Program-made: the position numbers and the translations under genes
Part shown: piece after piece, positions 1-13,479 of the stretch
Layout: each line of letters starts with the position of its first letter
How positions within the stretch are numbered: position 1 is the first letter of the stretch
Assembly: GCF_963921235.1 (NCBI RefSeq)
Contig: NC_086108.1
Coordinates: forward strand, 31,870,001-31,934,000
Reading direction: 5' to 3'
Length of the DNA: 64,000 nucleotides
DNA from: Mobula hypostoma
Lineage: Eukaryota
Notes under the pieces: model-generated
Told to the model about the DNA's origin: nothing
Seen by the model: only the letters and a program-made list of their open reading frames with translations
Database searches by the model: none

Positions 1-3000
1 CGGTCCTAAAAGGCTTCCCCTTTATCCTCAAACTGTGACCCCTTGTTCTGGACTTCCCCAACATCGGGAACAATCTTCCTGCATCTAGCCTGTCCAATCC
101 CTTTAGGATTTTATACGTTTCAATCAGATCCCCTCTCAATCTTCTAAATTCCAACGAGTACAAGCCCAGTTCATCCAGTCTTTCTTCATATGAAAGTCCT
201 GCCATCCCAGGAATCAATCTGGTGAACCTTCTTTGTACTCCCTCTATGGCAAGGATGTCTTCCCTCAGATTAGGGAACCAAAACTGCACATAATACTCCA
301 GGTGTGGTCTCACCAAGGCCTTGTACAACTGCAGTAGTACCTCCCTGCTCCTGTACTCGAATCCTCTCGCTATAACTGCCAGCATACCATTCGCCTTTTT
401 CACCGCCTGCTGTACCTGCATGCCCACTTTCAATGACTGGTGTATAATGACACCCAGGTCTCGTTGCACCTCCCCTTTTCCTAATCGGCCACCATTCAGA
501 TAATAATCTGTTTTCCTATTTTTGCCACCAAAGTGGATAACTTCACATTTATCCACATTAAATTGCATCTGCCATGAATTTGCCCACTCATCCAACCTAT
601 CCAAGTCACTCTGCATCCTCTCAGCATCCTCCTCACAGCTAACACTGCCACCCAGCTTCATGTCATCCGCAAACTTGGAGATGCTGCATTTAATTCCCTC
701 ATCCAAGTCATTAATATATATTGTAAACAACTGGGGTCCCAGCACTGAGCCTTGCGGTACCCCACTAGTCACCGCCTGCCATTCTGAAAAGATCCCGTTT
801 ATTCCCACTCTTTGCTTCCTGTCTGCTAACCAATTCTCCATCCACATCAATACCTTACCCCCAATACCGTGTGCTTTAAGTTTGCACACTAATCTCCTGT
901 GTGGGATCTTGTCAAAAGCCTTTTGAAAATCCAAATATACCACATCCACTGGTTCTCCCCTATCCACTCTACTAGTTACATCCTCAAAAAATTCTATGAG
1001 ATTCATCGGACACGATTTTCCTTTCACAAATCCATGCTGACTTTGTCCGATGATTTCACCGCTTTCCAAATGTGCTGTTATCACATCTTTGGTAACTGAC
1101 TCCAGCAGTTTCCCCACCGCCGACGTTAGGCTAACCGGTCTATAATTCCCCGGTTTCTCTCTCCCTCCTTTTTTAAAAAGTGGAGTTACATTAGCCACCC
1201 TCCAATCTTCAGGAACTAGTCCAGAATCTAACGAGTTTTGAAAAATTATCACTAATGCATCCACTATTTCTTGGGCTACTTCCTTAAGCACTCTAGGATG
1301 CAGACCATCTGGCCCTGGGGATTTATCTGCCTTCAATCCCTTCAATTTACCTAACACCACTTCCCTACTAACATGTATTTCACTCAGTTCCTCCATCTCA
1401 CCTGACCCTCTGTCCCCTACTATTTCTGGAAGATTATTTATGCCCTCCTTAGTGAAGACAGAACCAAAGTAATTATTCAATTGGTCTGCCATGTCCTTGC
1501 TCCCCATAATCAATTCACCTGTTTCTGTCTGTAGGGGACCTACATTTGTCTTTACCAGTCTTTTCCTTTTTACATATCTATAAAAGCTTTTACAGTCAGT
1601 TTTTATGTTCCCTGCCAGTTTTTTCTCATAATCTTTTTTCCCCTTCCTAATTAAGCCCTTTGTCCTCCTCTGCTGAACTCTGAATTTCTCCCAGTCCTCA
1701 GGTGAGCCACTTTCTCTGGCTAATTTGTATGCTTCTTCTTGGAATTGATACTATCCCTAATTTCTCTTGTCAGCCACAGGTGCACTACCTTCCTTGATTT
1801 ATTCTTTTGCCAAACTGGGATGAACAATTGTTGTAGTTCATCCATGCAACCTTTAAATGCTAGCCACTGCATATCCAACGTCAATCCTTTAAGTGTCATT
1901 TGCCAGTCTATCTTAGCTAATTCACGTCTCATACCTTCAAAGTTACCCTTCTTTAAGTTCAGAACCTTTGTTTCTGAATTAACTATGTCACTCTCCATCT
2001 TAATGAAGAATTCCACCATATTATGGTCACTCTTACCCAAGGGGCCTCTCACGACAAGATCGCTAATTAACCCTTCCTCATTGCTCAAAACCCAGTCCAG
2101 AATAGCCTGCTCTCTAGTTGGTTCCTCGACATGTTGGTTCAAAAAACCATCCCGCATACATTCCAAGAAATCCTCTTCCTCAGCACCTTTACCAATTTGG
2201 TTCACCCAATCTACATGTAGATTGAAGTCACCCATTATAACTGCTGTTCCTTTATTGCACACATTTCTAATTTCCTGTTTAATACCATCTCCGACCTCAC
2301 TACTACTGTTAGGTGGCCTGTACACAACTCCCACCAGCGTTTTCTGCCCCTTAGTGTTACGCAGCTCTACCCATATCAATTCCACATCTTCCCGGCTTAT
2401 GTCCTTCCTTTCTATTGTGTTAATCTCTTCTTTAACCAGCAACGCCACCCCACCTCCCCTTCCTTCATGTCTATCCCTCCTGAATATTGAATATCCCTGA
2501 ACGTTGAGCTCCCATCCCTGGTCACCCTGGAGCCATGTCTCTGTGATCCCAACTATATCATAATCATTAATAACAATCTGCACTTTCAATTCATCCACCT
2601 TATTACGAATGCTCTTTGCATTGACTCACAAAGCCTTCAGGCGCTCTTTTACAACTCTCTTAGCCCTTATACAATTATGTTGAAAAGTGGCCCTTTTTAA
2701 TGCTTGCCCTGGATTTGTCAGCCTGCCACTTTTACTTTTCTCCGAAGTACTTTTTGCTTCTACCCTCACTTTACACCCCTCTGTCTCTCTCTGCACTGGT
2801 TCCCATCCCCCTGTTGTGAACTAACCTCCTCACGCCTAGCCTCTTTAATTTGATTCCCACCCCCCAACCATTCTAGTTTAAAGTCACCTCAGTAGCCCTC
2901 GCTAATCTCTCTGCCAGGATATTGGTCCCCCTAGGATTCAAGTGTAACCCATCCTTTTTGTACAGGTCACGCCTGCGCCAAAAGAGGTCCCAATGATCCA

Positions 3001-3010
3001 AAAACTTGAA
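1..3010 (-). mobile_element. CR1 LINE (young family A), 5'-truncated, runs off the window; end of ORF1 (SGNH esterase-like), APE endonuclease and RT
   Basis: Minus-strand 2870-3010 translates as FLDHWDLFWRRRDLYKKDGLHLNPRGTNILA (CR1 ORF1 esterase C-terminus). ORF 1720-2598 has APE motifs (GITETW, VYRPP, MGDFN, SDHN). RT sequence is nearly identical to the 40403-42631 ORF. There is a 1-bp frameshift near 1738. Confidence 0.95.
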
Positions 3011-3293
3011 TATTCAGTGATAATGAGGGTAAATACTAATTTGTTACTTCCATCAATACTTATTGTTCAATTGACTTTTTAAAAGATTGGTATTCATACT
3101 TTTTGAACATATTTTCTAAAATGCTTCATTTATTTAAATGTTTGTTGTACTTTTATTAATAGTAAAACATGAATACCCATAAATAAGCAACATGATACAT
3201 CCTTCTTCCTTAAAAGTCTTGGTGCAAAATTACCATGGCCTGCGAGAAAATTTTTGAGATTATCGCCAATTGAGCATACGCTCTCAAATAGTA

Positions 3294-3580
3294 ACATAGA
3301 AACATAGAAAACCTACAGCACAATACAGGTCCTTCGGCCCACAAAGCTGTGCCGAACATGTCCTTACCTTAGAACTGCCTAGGCTTACCCATAGCCCTCT
3401 ATTTTTCTAACCTCCATGTGTCCATCTAGGAGTCTCTTAGAAGACCCTATCGTATCCGCCTCCACCACCGCTGCCAGCAGCCCATTCCATGCACTCACCT
3501 CTCTGCGTTTAAAAAAAACTTACCCCATGACATCTCCTCTGTCCCTACTTCCAAGCACCTTAAAACTATGCCTTCTCGTC
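3294..3580 (-). mobile_element. CR1 LINE 3' fragment (family C)
   Basis: (acatagaa)n tail; reverse complement of the 3' end of the 47890-48920 element. Confidence 0.85.
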
Positions 3581-3749
3581 TTAATGTCATCCTTGACGTT
3601 ATCAATTTCAAAGATCCAAGTGCTCTTCCAAATCCTTCAGAAGCTTTAAGAGTATGCCTCAACTACCTCTTCGCAGTGAATTCCAGATTGCAACTACCTT
3701 CTAAATAGAAAGAAAAATCTTACCTAAAAGCCCTCTGACATACGAAAGG

Positions 3750-4145
3750 ACCATGGCCTTGCTGTAAGGTTTGGAAGCTTGTGTGCTTCGATGACCCAGG
3801 GAGTAATGTTGGCTGGAGTCAGGGCCTTGTGCTTTAGCTCTTGGTAGTGTTACCCATGCCAAACAGGTCAAAAGGGTAGAGGCCAGACTGAGTACTCCAT
3901 CAGGCCTCCAGGTTCAGGGGTTCAGGGGTTCTGCTCAGGGCTAACAACTCTATCCGGTAAAACAAGACTTACAGAAACAGCAATGAAAAACCCTCCTACA
4001 TCTGAGTGTGATGGTATTCCTGATTCTCCACCCAGAACTTACATGACTGACAGTAGTGAAATCCCAACTACAGACACAATGAAGGAAGCCCACCAGAGAT
4101 GGAGGACCTTTATTGCTGTCTTAAACGCCAGTGCATAACAGGCAG
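3750..4145 (+). mobile_element. RTE-like retroposon remnant
   Basis: Resembles RTE-derived short elements; degenerate, recognised by pattern only. Confidence 0.4.
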
Positions 4146-5159
4146 TGCGTAGGTCAAAGCTACCTAAATCTCTTATCCTTGATCTTGAACCTCTGCCCTT
4201 TGATCATAGTCAATCTTGTCAAGGAAAAGGTTTTCACCATCTACCCAATCATAATTTTGTGTGCATCAAAATGTTTCCCACCCACTTAGCCTTCCCGTTC
4301 CAAAGAAAACAAAAACCAGCCTGTCCAGTCTTCCTACATGGCTGAACAGGTGACATCCTGGTGAATTTCTTCCGTATCCTGTATGACGCAGTCCCTTTTT
4401 TTTACATAGTATGATAATCAGAATTGTAAATGAAACTCCAGCCTTGGCCTCACTTTTGTTCCATCATAACTTTGATGCTGTTGTGTTTTATCTACTGGTT
4501 AATAAGGACAAGTATCCTTTGTGCTGTCTCAGTGGCTCTTCACGTGGCCTTGGATCACCTGGACAATACAAACACCTATGTCAGGATGCTGTTTGTTGAC
4601 TATAGCTCAACATTTTAACACCATCATTCCCACAGTCCGGATCTGGGGCTCTGTACCTGTCTCTGCAATTGCATCTTCGATTTCCTAACCAGAAGACAAT
4701 CTATGCGGATTGGTGATAGTATCTCCTCCTTGTTGACAGACAACAATGGCGGCACCCCTCGGGTGTGTGCTTAGCTCACTGCTGTACGCCGTCTATACCC
4801 ATGACTGTGTAGTGATTACAACCATTGTTGGTAGAATCTTAGATGGAGATGAGAGGGTGTACAGGGGCGAGATATACCAGCTAGTTAAGTGGCGTCACAG
4901 CAACAACCTGGCACTCAACGTCAGTAAGACCAAAGAGCTGATTGTGACTTCAGGAATGGTAAACTAATCCTTGTAAGAGAAGTCAAGTGGAGAGAGTGAG
5001 CAATTTCAAGTTGCTGGGTGTCAAGATCTCTGAGGATCTAACCTGGTCCCAACCGATCGATGCAGTGAAAAGAAGGCAAGACAATGGCTATATTTGATTA
5101 GGAGTGTGAAAAGATTTGTTTTGTCAACCAAAACACTCAAACTTCTATAGGTGTACCGA

Positions 5160-8100
5160 AGGGAGCATTCTGACAGGCTTCATCACTGTCTGGTATGGGG
5201 GGTGCGAGCAGAGAACATTCTGACAGGCTACATCACTGTCTGGTATGGGGGGTGGGGGGAGAGAGAGCATTCTGACAGGCTTCATCACTGTCTGGTATGG
5301 GGGGTGGGGGGCATCTGACAGGCTGCGAGAGGAGAGAGCATTCTGACAGGCTGCATCACTGTCTGGTATGGGGGGTGGGGGGAGAGAGCATTCTGACAGG
5401 CTTCATCACTGTCTGGTATGGGGGTGGGGGGTGAGAGCATTCTGACAGGCTACATCACTGTCTGGTATGGGGGGTGGGGGGAGAGAGAGCATTCTGACAG
5501 GCTGCATCACTGTCTGGTATGGGGGTGGGGGAGAGAGAGCATTCTGACAGGCTGCATCACTGTCTGGTGTGGGGGTAGGGGAGAGAGAACTGGGGGTCTG
5601 GTATGGGGGGTGCGAGGAGAGAGCATTCTGACAGGCTGCATCACTGTCTGGTATGGGGGGTGGGGGGGAGAGCATTCTGACAGGCTACATCACTGTCGCA
5701 TTCTGACAGGCTGCATCACTGTCTGGTATGGGGGGTGGGGGGAGAGAGCATTCTGACAGGCTGCATCATCACTGTCTGGTATGGGGGGTGGGGGGAGAGA
5801 GCATTCTGACAGGCTACACTGGGTATGGGGGGTGGGGAGAGAGCATTCTGAAGGCTACACTGTCTGGTATGGGGGTGGGGGAGAGAGCATGGGGGGTGGG
5901 GGGAGAGAGCATTCTGACAGGCTGCATCACTGTCTGGTATGGGGGGTGGGGGGAGAGAGCATTCTGACAGGCTCATCACTGTCTGGTATGGGGGGTGGGG
6001 GGAGAGAGCATTCTGACAGGCTGCATCACTGTCTGGTATGGGGGGTGGGGGGAGAGAGCATTCTGACAGGCTGCATCACTGTCTGGTATGGGGGGTGTGG
6101 GGGGAGAGAGCATTCTGACAGGCTGCATCACTGTCTGGTATGGGGGGTGGGGGGAGAGAGCATTCTGACAGGCTGCATCACTGTCTGGTATGGGGGGTGG
6201 GGGGAGAGAGAGCATTCTGACAGGCTGCATCACTGTCTGGTATGGGGGGTGGGGGGAGAGAGCATTCTGACAGGCTGCATCACTGTCTGGTATGGGGGGT
6301 GGGGGGAGAGAGCATTCTGACAGGCTGCATCACTGTCTGGTATGTGGGGGGTGGGGGGAGAGAGCATTCTGACAGGCTGCATCACTGTCTGGTATGGGGG
6401 GTGGGGGGAGAGAGCATTCTGACAGGCTGCATCACTGTCTGGTATGGGGGGTGGGGGGAGAGAGAGCATTCTGACAGGCTAGCATCACTGTCTGGTATGG
6501 GGGGTGGGGGGAGGAGAGCATTCTGACAGGCTGCATCACTGTCTGGTATGGGGGGTGGGGGGAGAGAGCATTCTGACAGGCTGCATCACTGTCTGGTATG
6601 GGGGGTGGGGGAGAGAGAGAGCATTCTGACAGGCTGCATCACTGTCTGGTATGGGGGGTGGGGGGAGAGAGCATTCTGACAGGCTGCATCACTGTCTGGT
6701 ATGGGGGGTGGGGGGAGAGAGCATTCTGACAGGCTGCATCACTGTCTGGTATGGGGGGTGGGGGTTCTGACAGGCTGCATACTGTCTGGTATGGGGGTGG
6801 GGGAGAGAGCATTCTGACAGGCTGCATCACTGTCTGGTATGGGGGGTGGGGGGAGAGAGACGGCTGCATACTGTCTGAGCTGCATCACTGTCTGGTATGG
6901 GGGGTGGGGGAGAGAGCATTCTGACAGGCTGCATCACTGTCTGGTATGGGGGGTGGGGGAGAGAGAGCATTCTGACAGGCTGCATCACTGTCTGGTATGG
7001 GGGGGTGGGGGGAGAGAGAGCATTCTGACAGGCTGCATCACTGTCTGGTATGGGGGGTGGGGGGAGAGAGAGCATTCTGACAGGCTGCATCACTGTCTGG
7101 TATGGGGGGTGGGGGAGAGAGCATTCTGACAGGCTGCATCACTGTCTGGTATGGGGGGTGGGGGGAGAGAGAGCATTCTGACAGGCTGCATCACTGTCTG
7201 GTATGGGGGGTGGGGGGAGAGAGCATTCTGACAGGCTGCATCACTGTCTGGTATGGGGGGTGGGGGGAGAGAGCATTCTGACAGGCTGCATCACTGTCTG
7301 GTATGGGGGGTGGGGGGAGAGAGCATTCTGACAGGCTGCATCACTGTCTGGTATGGGGGGTGGGGGGAGAGAGCATTCTGACAGGCTGCATCACTGTCTG
7401 GTATGGGGGGTGGGGGGAGAGAGAGCATTCTGACAGGCTGCATCACTGTCTGGTATGGGGGGTGGGGGGAGAGAGCATTCTGACAGGCTGCATCACTGTC
7501 TGGTATGGGGGGTGGGGGGAGAGAGCATTCTGACAGGCTGCATCACTGTCTGGTATGGGGGGTGGGGGGAGAGAGCATTCTGACAGGCTGCATCACTGTC
7601 TGGTGGGGGATGGGGGGTGGGGGTGGGGAGAGAGCATTCTGACAGGCTGCATCACTGTCTGGTATGGGGGGTGGGGGGAGAGAGCATTCTGACAGGCTGC
7701 ATCACTGTCTGGTATGGGGGGTGGGGGAGAGAGAGCATTCTGACAGGCTGCATCACTGTCTGGTATGGGGGGTGGGGGGAGAGAGCATTCTGACAGGCTG
7801 CATCACTGTCTGGTATGGGGGGTGGGGGGAGAGAGCATTCTGACAGGCTGCATCACTGTCTGGTATGGGGGGTGGGGGAGAGAGCATTCTGACAGGCTGC
7901 ATCACTGTCTGGTATGGGGGGTGGGGGGAGAGAGCATTCTGACAGGCTGCATCACTGTCTGGTATGGGGGGTGGGGGGAGAGAGACAGGCATCACTGTCT
8001 GGTATGGGGGTGGGGGGAGAGGCTGCATCATCACTGTCTGGTATGGGGGGTGGGGGGAGAGAGAGCATTCTGACAGGCTGCATCACTGTCTGGTATGGGG

Positions 8101-11095
8101 GGTGGGGGGAGAGAGCATTCTGACAGGCTGCATCACTGTCTGGTATGGGGGGTGGGGGGAGAGAGCATTCTGACAGGCTGCATCACTGTCTGGTATGGGG
8201 GGTGGGGGAGAGAGAGCATTCTGACAGGCTGCATCACTGTCTGGTATGGGGGGTGGGGGGAGAGAGAGCATTCTGACAGGCTGCATCACTGTCTGGTATG
8301 GGGGGTGGGGGGAGAGAGCATTCTGACAGGCTGCATCACTGTCTGGTATGGGGGGTGGGGGAGAGAGAGCATTCTGACAGGCTGCATCACTGTCTGGTAT
8401 GGGGGGTGGGGGGAGAGAGCATCTGACAGGCTGCATCACTGTCTGGTATGGGGGGTGGGGGGAGAGAGAGCATTCTGACTGACAGGCTCATACTGTCTGG
8501 TAGGGGGTGGGGGGAGAGCATTCTGACAGGCTCATCACTGTCTGGTATGGGGGGTGGGGGGAGAGAGAGCATTCTGACAGGCTGCATCACTGTCTGGTAT
8601 GGGGGGTGGGGGGAGAGAGCATTCTGACAGGCTGCATCACTGTCTGGTATGGGGGGTGGGGGGAGAGAGCATTCTGACAGGCTGCATCACTGTCTGGTAT
8701 GGGGGGTGGGGAGAGAGAGCTGACAGGCTGCATCACTGTCTGGTATGGGGGTGGGGGAGAGAGCATTCTGACAGGCTGCATCACTGTCTGGTATGGGGGG
8801 TGGGGGGAGAGAGCATTCTGACAGGCTACATCACTGTCTGGTATGGGGGGTGGGGGGAGAGAGCATTCTGACAGGCTGCATCACTGTCTGGTATGGGGGG
8901 TGGGGGGAGAGAGAGCATTCTGACAGGCTGCATCACTGTCTGGTATGGGGGGTGGGGGGAGAGAGCATTCTGACAGGCTGCATCACTGTCTGGTATGGGG
9001 GGTGGGGGGAGAGAGAGCATTCTGACAGGCTGCATCACTGTCTGGTATGGGGGGGTGGGGGGAGAGAGCATTCTGACAGGCTGCATCACTGTCTGGTATG
9101 GGGGGTGGGGGGAGAGAGCATTCTGACAGGCTGCATTACTGTCTGGTATGGGGGGTGGGGGGAGAGAGAGCATTCTGACAGGCTGCATCACTGTCTGGTA
9201 TGGGGGGTGGGGGGAGAGAGAGCATTCTGACAGGCTGCATCACTGTCTGGTATGGGGGGTGGGGGGAGAGAGCATTCTGACAGGCTACATCACTGATGGG
9301 GGGTGGGGGGAGAGAGCATTCTGACAGGCTGCATCACTGTCTGGTATGGGGGGTGGGGGGAGAGAGAGCATTCTGACAGGCTGCATCACTGTCTGGTATG
9401 GGGGGTGGGGGGAGAGAGAGCATTCTGACAGGCTACATCACTGTCTGGTATGGGGGGTGGGGGGAGAGAGCATTCTGACAGGCTGCATCACTGTCTGGTA
9501 TGGGGGGTGGGGGGAGAGAGCATTCTGACAGGCTGCATCACTGTCTGGTATGGGGGGTGGGGGAGAGAGAGAGCATTCTGACAGGCTGCATCACTGTCTG
9601 GTATGGGGGGTGGGGGGAGAGAGAGCATTCTGACAGGCTGCATCACTGTCTGGTATGGGGGGTGGGGGGAGAGAGAGCATTCTGACAGGCTGCATCACTG
9701 TCTGGTATGGGGGGGTGGGGGGAGAGAGAGCATTCTGACAGGCTGCATCACTGTCAGGTATGGGGGGTGGGGGGAGAGAGAGCATTCTGACAGGCTGCAT
9801 TACTGTCTGGTATGGGGGGTGGGGGAGAGCATTCTGACAGGCTGCATCACTGTCTGGTATGGGGGGTGGGGGGAGAGAGAGCATTCTGACAGGCTGCATC
9901 ACTGTCTGGTATGGGGGGTGGGGGGAGAGAGAGCATTCTGACAGGCTGCATTACTGTCTGGTATGGGGGGTGGGGGGAGAGCATTCTGACAGGCTGCATT
10001 ACTGTCTGGTATGGGGGGTGGGGGGAGAGAGAGCATTCTGACAGGCTACATCACTGTCTGGTATGGGGGGTGGGGGGAGAGAGAGCATTCTGACAGGCTG
10101 CATCACTGTCTGGTATGGGGGGTGGGGGGAGAGAGAGCATTCTGACAGGCTGCATCACTGTCTGGTATGGGGGGTGGGGGGAGAGCATTCTGACAGGCTG
10201 CATCACTGTCTGGTATGGGGGGTGGGGGGAGAGAGCATTCTGACAGGCTACATCACTGTCTGGTATGGGGGTGGGGGGAGAGAGAGCATTCTGACAGGCT
10301 GCATCACTGTCTGGTATGGGGGGTGGGGGGAGAGAGAGCATTCTGACAGGCTGCATCACTGTCTGGTATGGGGGGTGGGGGGAGAGAGCATTCTGACAGG
10401 CTGCATCACTGTCTGGTATGGCGGGTGGGGGGAGAGAGCATTCTGACAGGCTGCATTACTGTCTGGTATGGGGGGTGGGGGGAGAGCATTCTGACAGGCT
10501 GCATCACTGTCTGGTATGGGGGGTGGGGGGAGAGAGTATTCTGACAGGCTACATTACTGTCTGGTATGGGGGGGTGGAGGGAGAGAGCATTCTGACAGGC
10601 TGCATCACTGTCTGGTATGGGGGGTGGGGGGAGAGAGCATTCTGACAGGCTGCATCACTGTCTGGTATGGGGGGTGGGGGGAGAGAGAGCATTCTGACAG
10701 GCTGCATTACTGTCTTGTATGGGGGGTGGGGGGAGAGAGCATTCTGACAGGCTACATCACTGTCTGGTATGGGGAGTGGGGGGAGAGTGCATTCTGACAG
10801 GCTACATCACTGTCTGGTATGGGGGGTGGGGGGAGAGAGCATTCTGCCAGGCTGCATCACTGTCTGGTATGGGGGGTGGGGGACAGAGAGAGCATTCTGC
10901 CAGGCTGCATCACTGTCTGGTATGGGGGGTGGGGGAGAGAGAGAGCATTCTGACAGGCTGCATCACTGTCTGGTATGGGGGGTGGGGGGAGAGAGAGCAT
11001 TCTGACAGGCTGCATCACTGTCTGGTATGGAGGGTGGGGGGAGAGAGCATTCTGACAGGCTGCATCACTGTCTGATATGGGGGGTGGGAGGGGAG
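5160..11095. repeat. G-rich minisatellite, ~50 bp unit, roughly 115-120 copies
   Basis: Unit (GA)n-GCATTCTGACAGGCTGCATCACTGTCTGGTAT-GGGGGGTGGGGGG in tandem; copy number estimated as length divided by unit size. Confidence 0.98.
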
Positions 11096-13368
11096 GGAGC
11101 CACAGTAAGTGGTAAAATTCGTCACCTCCATCTTGGGTACTAGCCTCCGTATTACCCAAGACATCTTCAAGGAGCGGTACCTCAGAAAGACAATGTCCAT
11201 TATCAAGGGCCCCCAGCACCCAGGACATAGAAACATAGAAAATAGGTGCAGGAGTAGGCCATTTGGCCCTTCGAGCCTGCACCGCCATTTATTATGATCA
11301 TGGCTGATCATCCAACTCAGAACCCCGCCCCAGCCTTCCCTCCATACCCCCTGATCCCCGTAGCCACAAGGGCCATATCTAACTCCCTCTTAAATATAGC
11401 CAATGAACTGGCCTCAACAGTTTCCTGTGGCAGAGAATTCCACAGATTCACCACTCTCTGTGTGAAGAAGTTTTTCCTAATCTCGGTCCTGAAAGGCTAC
11501 CCCTCTATCCTCAAACTGTGACCCTTCGTTCTGGACTTCCCCAACATCGGGAACAATCTTCCTGCATCTAGCCTGTCCAATCCCTTTAGGATCTTATACG
11601 TTTCAATCAGATCCCCCCTCAATCTTCTAAATTCCAGCGAGTACAAGCCCAATTCATCCATTCTTTCTTCATATGAAAGTCCCGCCATCCCAGGAATCAA
11701 TCTGGTGAACCTTCTTTGTACTCCCTCTATGGCAAAGATGTCTTTCCTCAGATTAGGGGACCAAAACTGCACACAATACTCCAGGTGTGGTCTCACCAAG
11801 GCCTTGTACAACTGCAGTAGTACGTCCCTGCTCCTGTACTTGAATCCTCTCGCTATAAATGCCAGCATACCATTCGCCTTTTTAACCGCCTGCTGTACCT
11901 GCATGCCCACTTTCAATGACTGGTGTATAATGACACCCAGGTCTCGTTGCACCTCTCCTTTTCCTAATCGGCCACCATTCAGATAATAATCTGTTTTCCT
12001 ATTTTTGCCACCAAAGTGGATAACTTCACATTTATCCACATTAAATTGCATCTGCCATGAGTTTGCCCACTCACCCAACCTATCCAAGTCACCCTGCATC
12101 CTCTTAGCATCCTCCTCACTGCTAACACTGCCACCCAGCTTCGTGTCATCTGCAAACTTGGAGATGCTGCATTTAATTCCCTCATCCAAGTCATTAATAT
12201 ATATTGTGAACAACTGGGGTCCCAGCACTGAGCCTTGCGGTACCCCACTAGTCACCGCCTGCCATTCTGAAAAGGTCCCGTTTATTCCCACTCTTTGCTT
12301 CCTGTCTGCTAACCAATTCTCCACCCACACCAATACCTTACCCCCAATACCGTGTGCTTTAAGTTTGCACACTAATCTCCTGTGTGGGACCTTGTCAAAA
12401 GCCTTTTGAAAATCCAAATATACCACATCCACTGGTTCTCCCCTATCCACTCTACTAGTTACATCCTCAAAAAATTCTATGAGATTCGTCAGACATGATT
12501 TTCCTTTCACAAATCCATGCTGACTTTGTCCGATCATTTCACCGCTTTCCAAATGTGCTGTTATCACATCCTTGATAACTGACTCCAGCAGTTTCCCCAC
12601 CACCGACGTTAGGCTAACCGGTCTATAATTCCCCGGTTTCTCTCTCCATCCTTTTTTAAAAAGTGGGGTTACATTAGCCACCCTCCAATCCTCAGGAACT
12701 AGTCCAGAATCTAACGAGTTTTGAAAAATTATCACTAATGCATCCACTATTTCTTGGGCTACTTCTTTAAGCACTCTAGGATGCAGACCATCTGGCCCTG
12801 GGGATTTATCTGCCTTCAATCCCTTCAATTTACCTAACACCACTTCCCTACTAACATGTATTTCGCTCAGTTCCTCCATCCCACTGGACCCTCTGTCCCT
12901 TACTATTTCTGGAAGATTATTTATGTCCTCCTTAGTGAAGACAGAACCAAAGTAACTTTTCAATTGGTCTGCCACGTCCTTGCTCCCCATAATCAATTCA
13001 CCTGTTTCTGTCTGTAGGGGACCTACATTTGTCTTTACCAGTCTTTTCCTTTTTACATATCTATAAAAGCTTTTACAGTCCATTTTTATGTTCCCTGCCA
13101 GTTTTCTCTCATAATCTTTTTTCCCCTTCCTAATTAAGCCCTTTGTCCTCCTCTGCTGAACTCTGAATATCTCCCAGTCCTCAGGTGAGCCACTTTCTCT
13201 GGCTAATTTGTATGCTTCTTCTTGGAATTGATACTATCCCTAATTTCTCTTGTCAGCCACGGGTGCACTACCTTCCTTGATTTATTCTTTTGCCAAACTG
13301 GGATGAACAATTGTTGTAGTTCATCCATGCAACCTTTAAATGCTTGCCATTGCATATCCACCGTCAAT

Positions 13369-13479
13369 TCTTCCTTCAGTTAGTCCTGACGAAGGGTCTC
13401 GGCCTGAAACGTCGACTGCGCCTCTTCCTATAGATGCTGCTTGGCCTGCTGCGTTCACCAGCAACTTTGATGTGTGTTG
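13369..13479 (+). mobile_element. Short Penelope-like 3' fragment inserted in CR1
   Basis: Nearly identical to the right arm of the 39710-40199 hairpin element; flanked by the duplication cgtcaat (13362-13368 and 13480-13486). Confidence 0.85.
13381..13418 (+). ncRNA. Minimal type I hammerhead ribozyme motif (PLE type)
   Basis: tagtc-CTGACGA-agg(gtctcgg)cct-GAAAC-GTC-gactg: stem I, intact core boxes, stem II, palindromic ACGU helix III and a GUC cleavage triplet. Confidence 0.7.

Noticed and set aside
321..2500. Plus-strand ORFs (e.g. 1739-2500, 522-926) and their repeats at 11705, 40785 and 53132
   Set aside because: They are antisense frames of CR1 ORF2 and recur with each CR1 copy.
5160..11095. 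CRISPR-like array or repetitive protein gene (many ORFs of 60-179 aa)
   Set aside because: The 'spacers' are near-constant G/GA tracts, not unique sequences. There are no cas genes and the context is eukaryotic. The ORFs are just frames of a 50-bp tandem unit.
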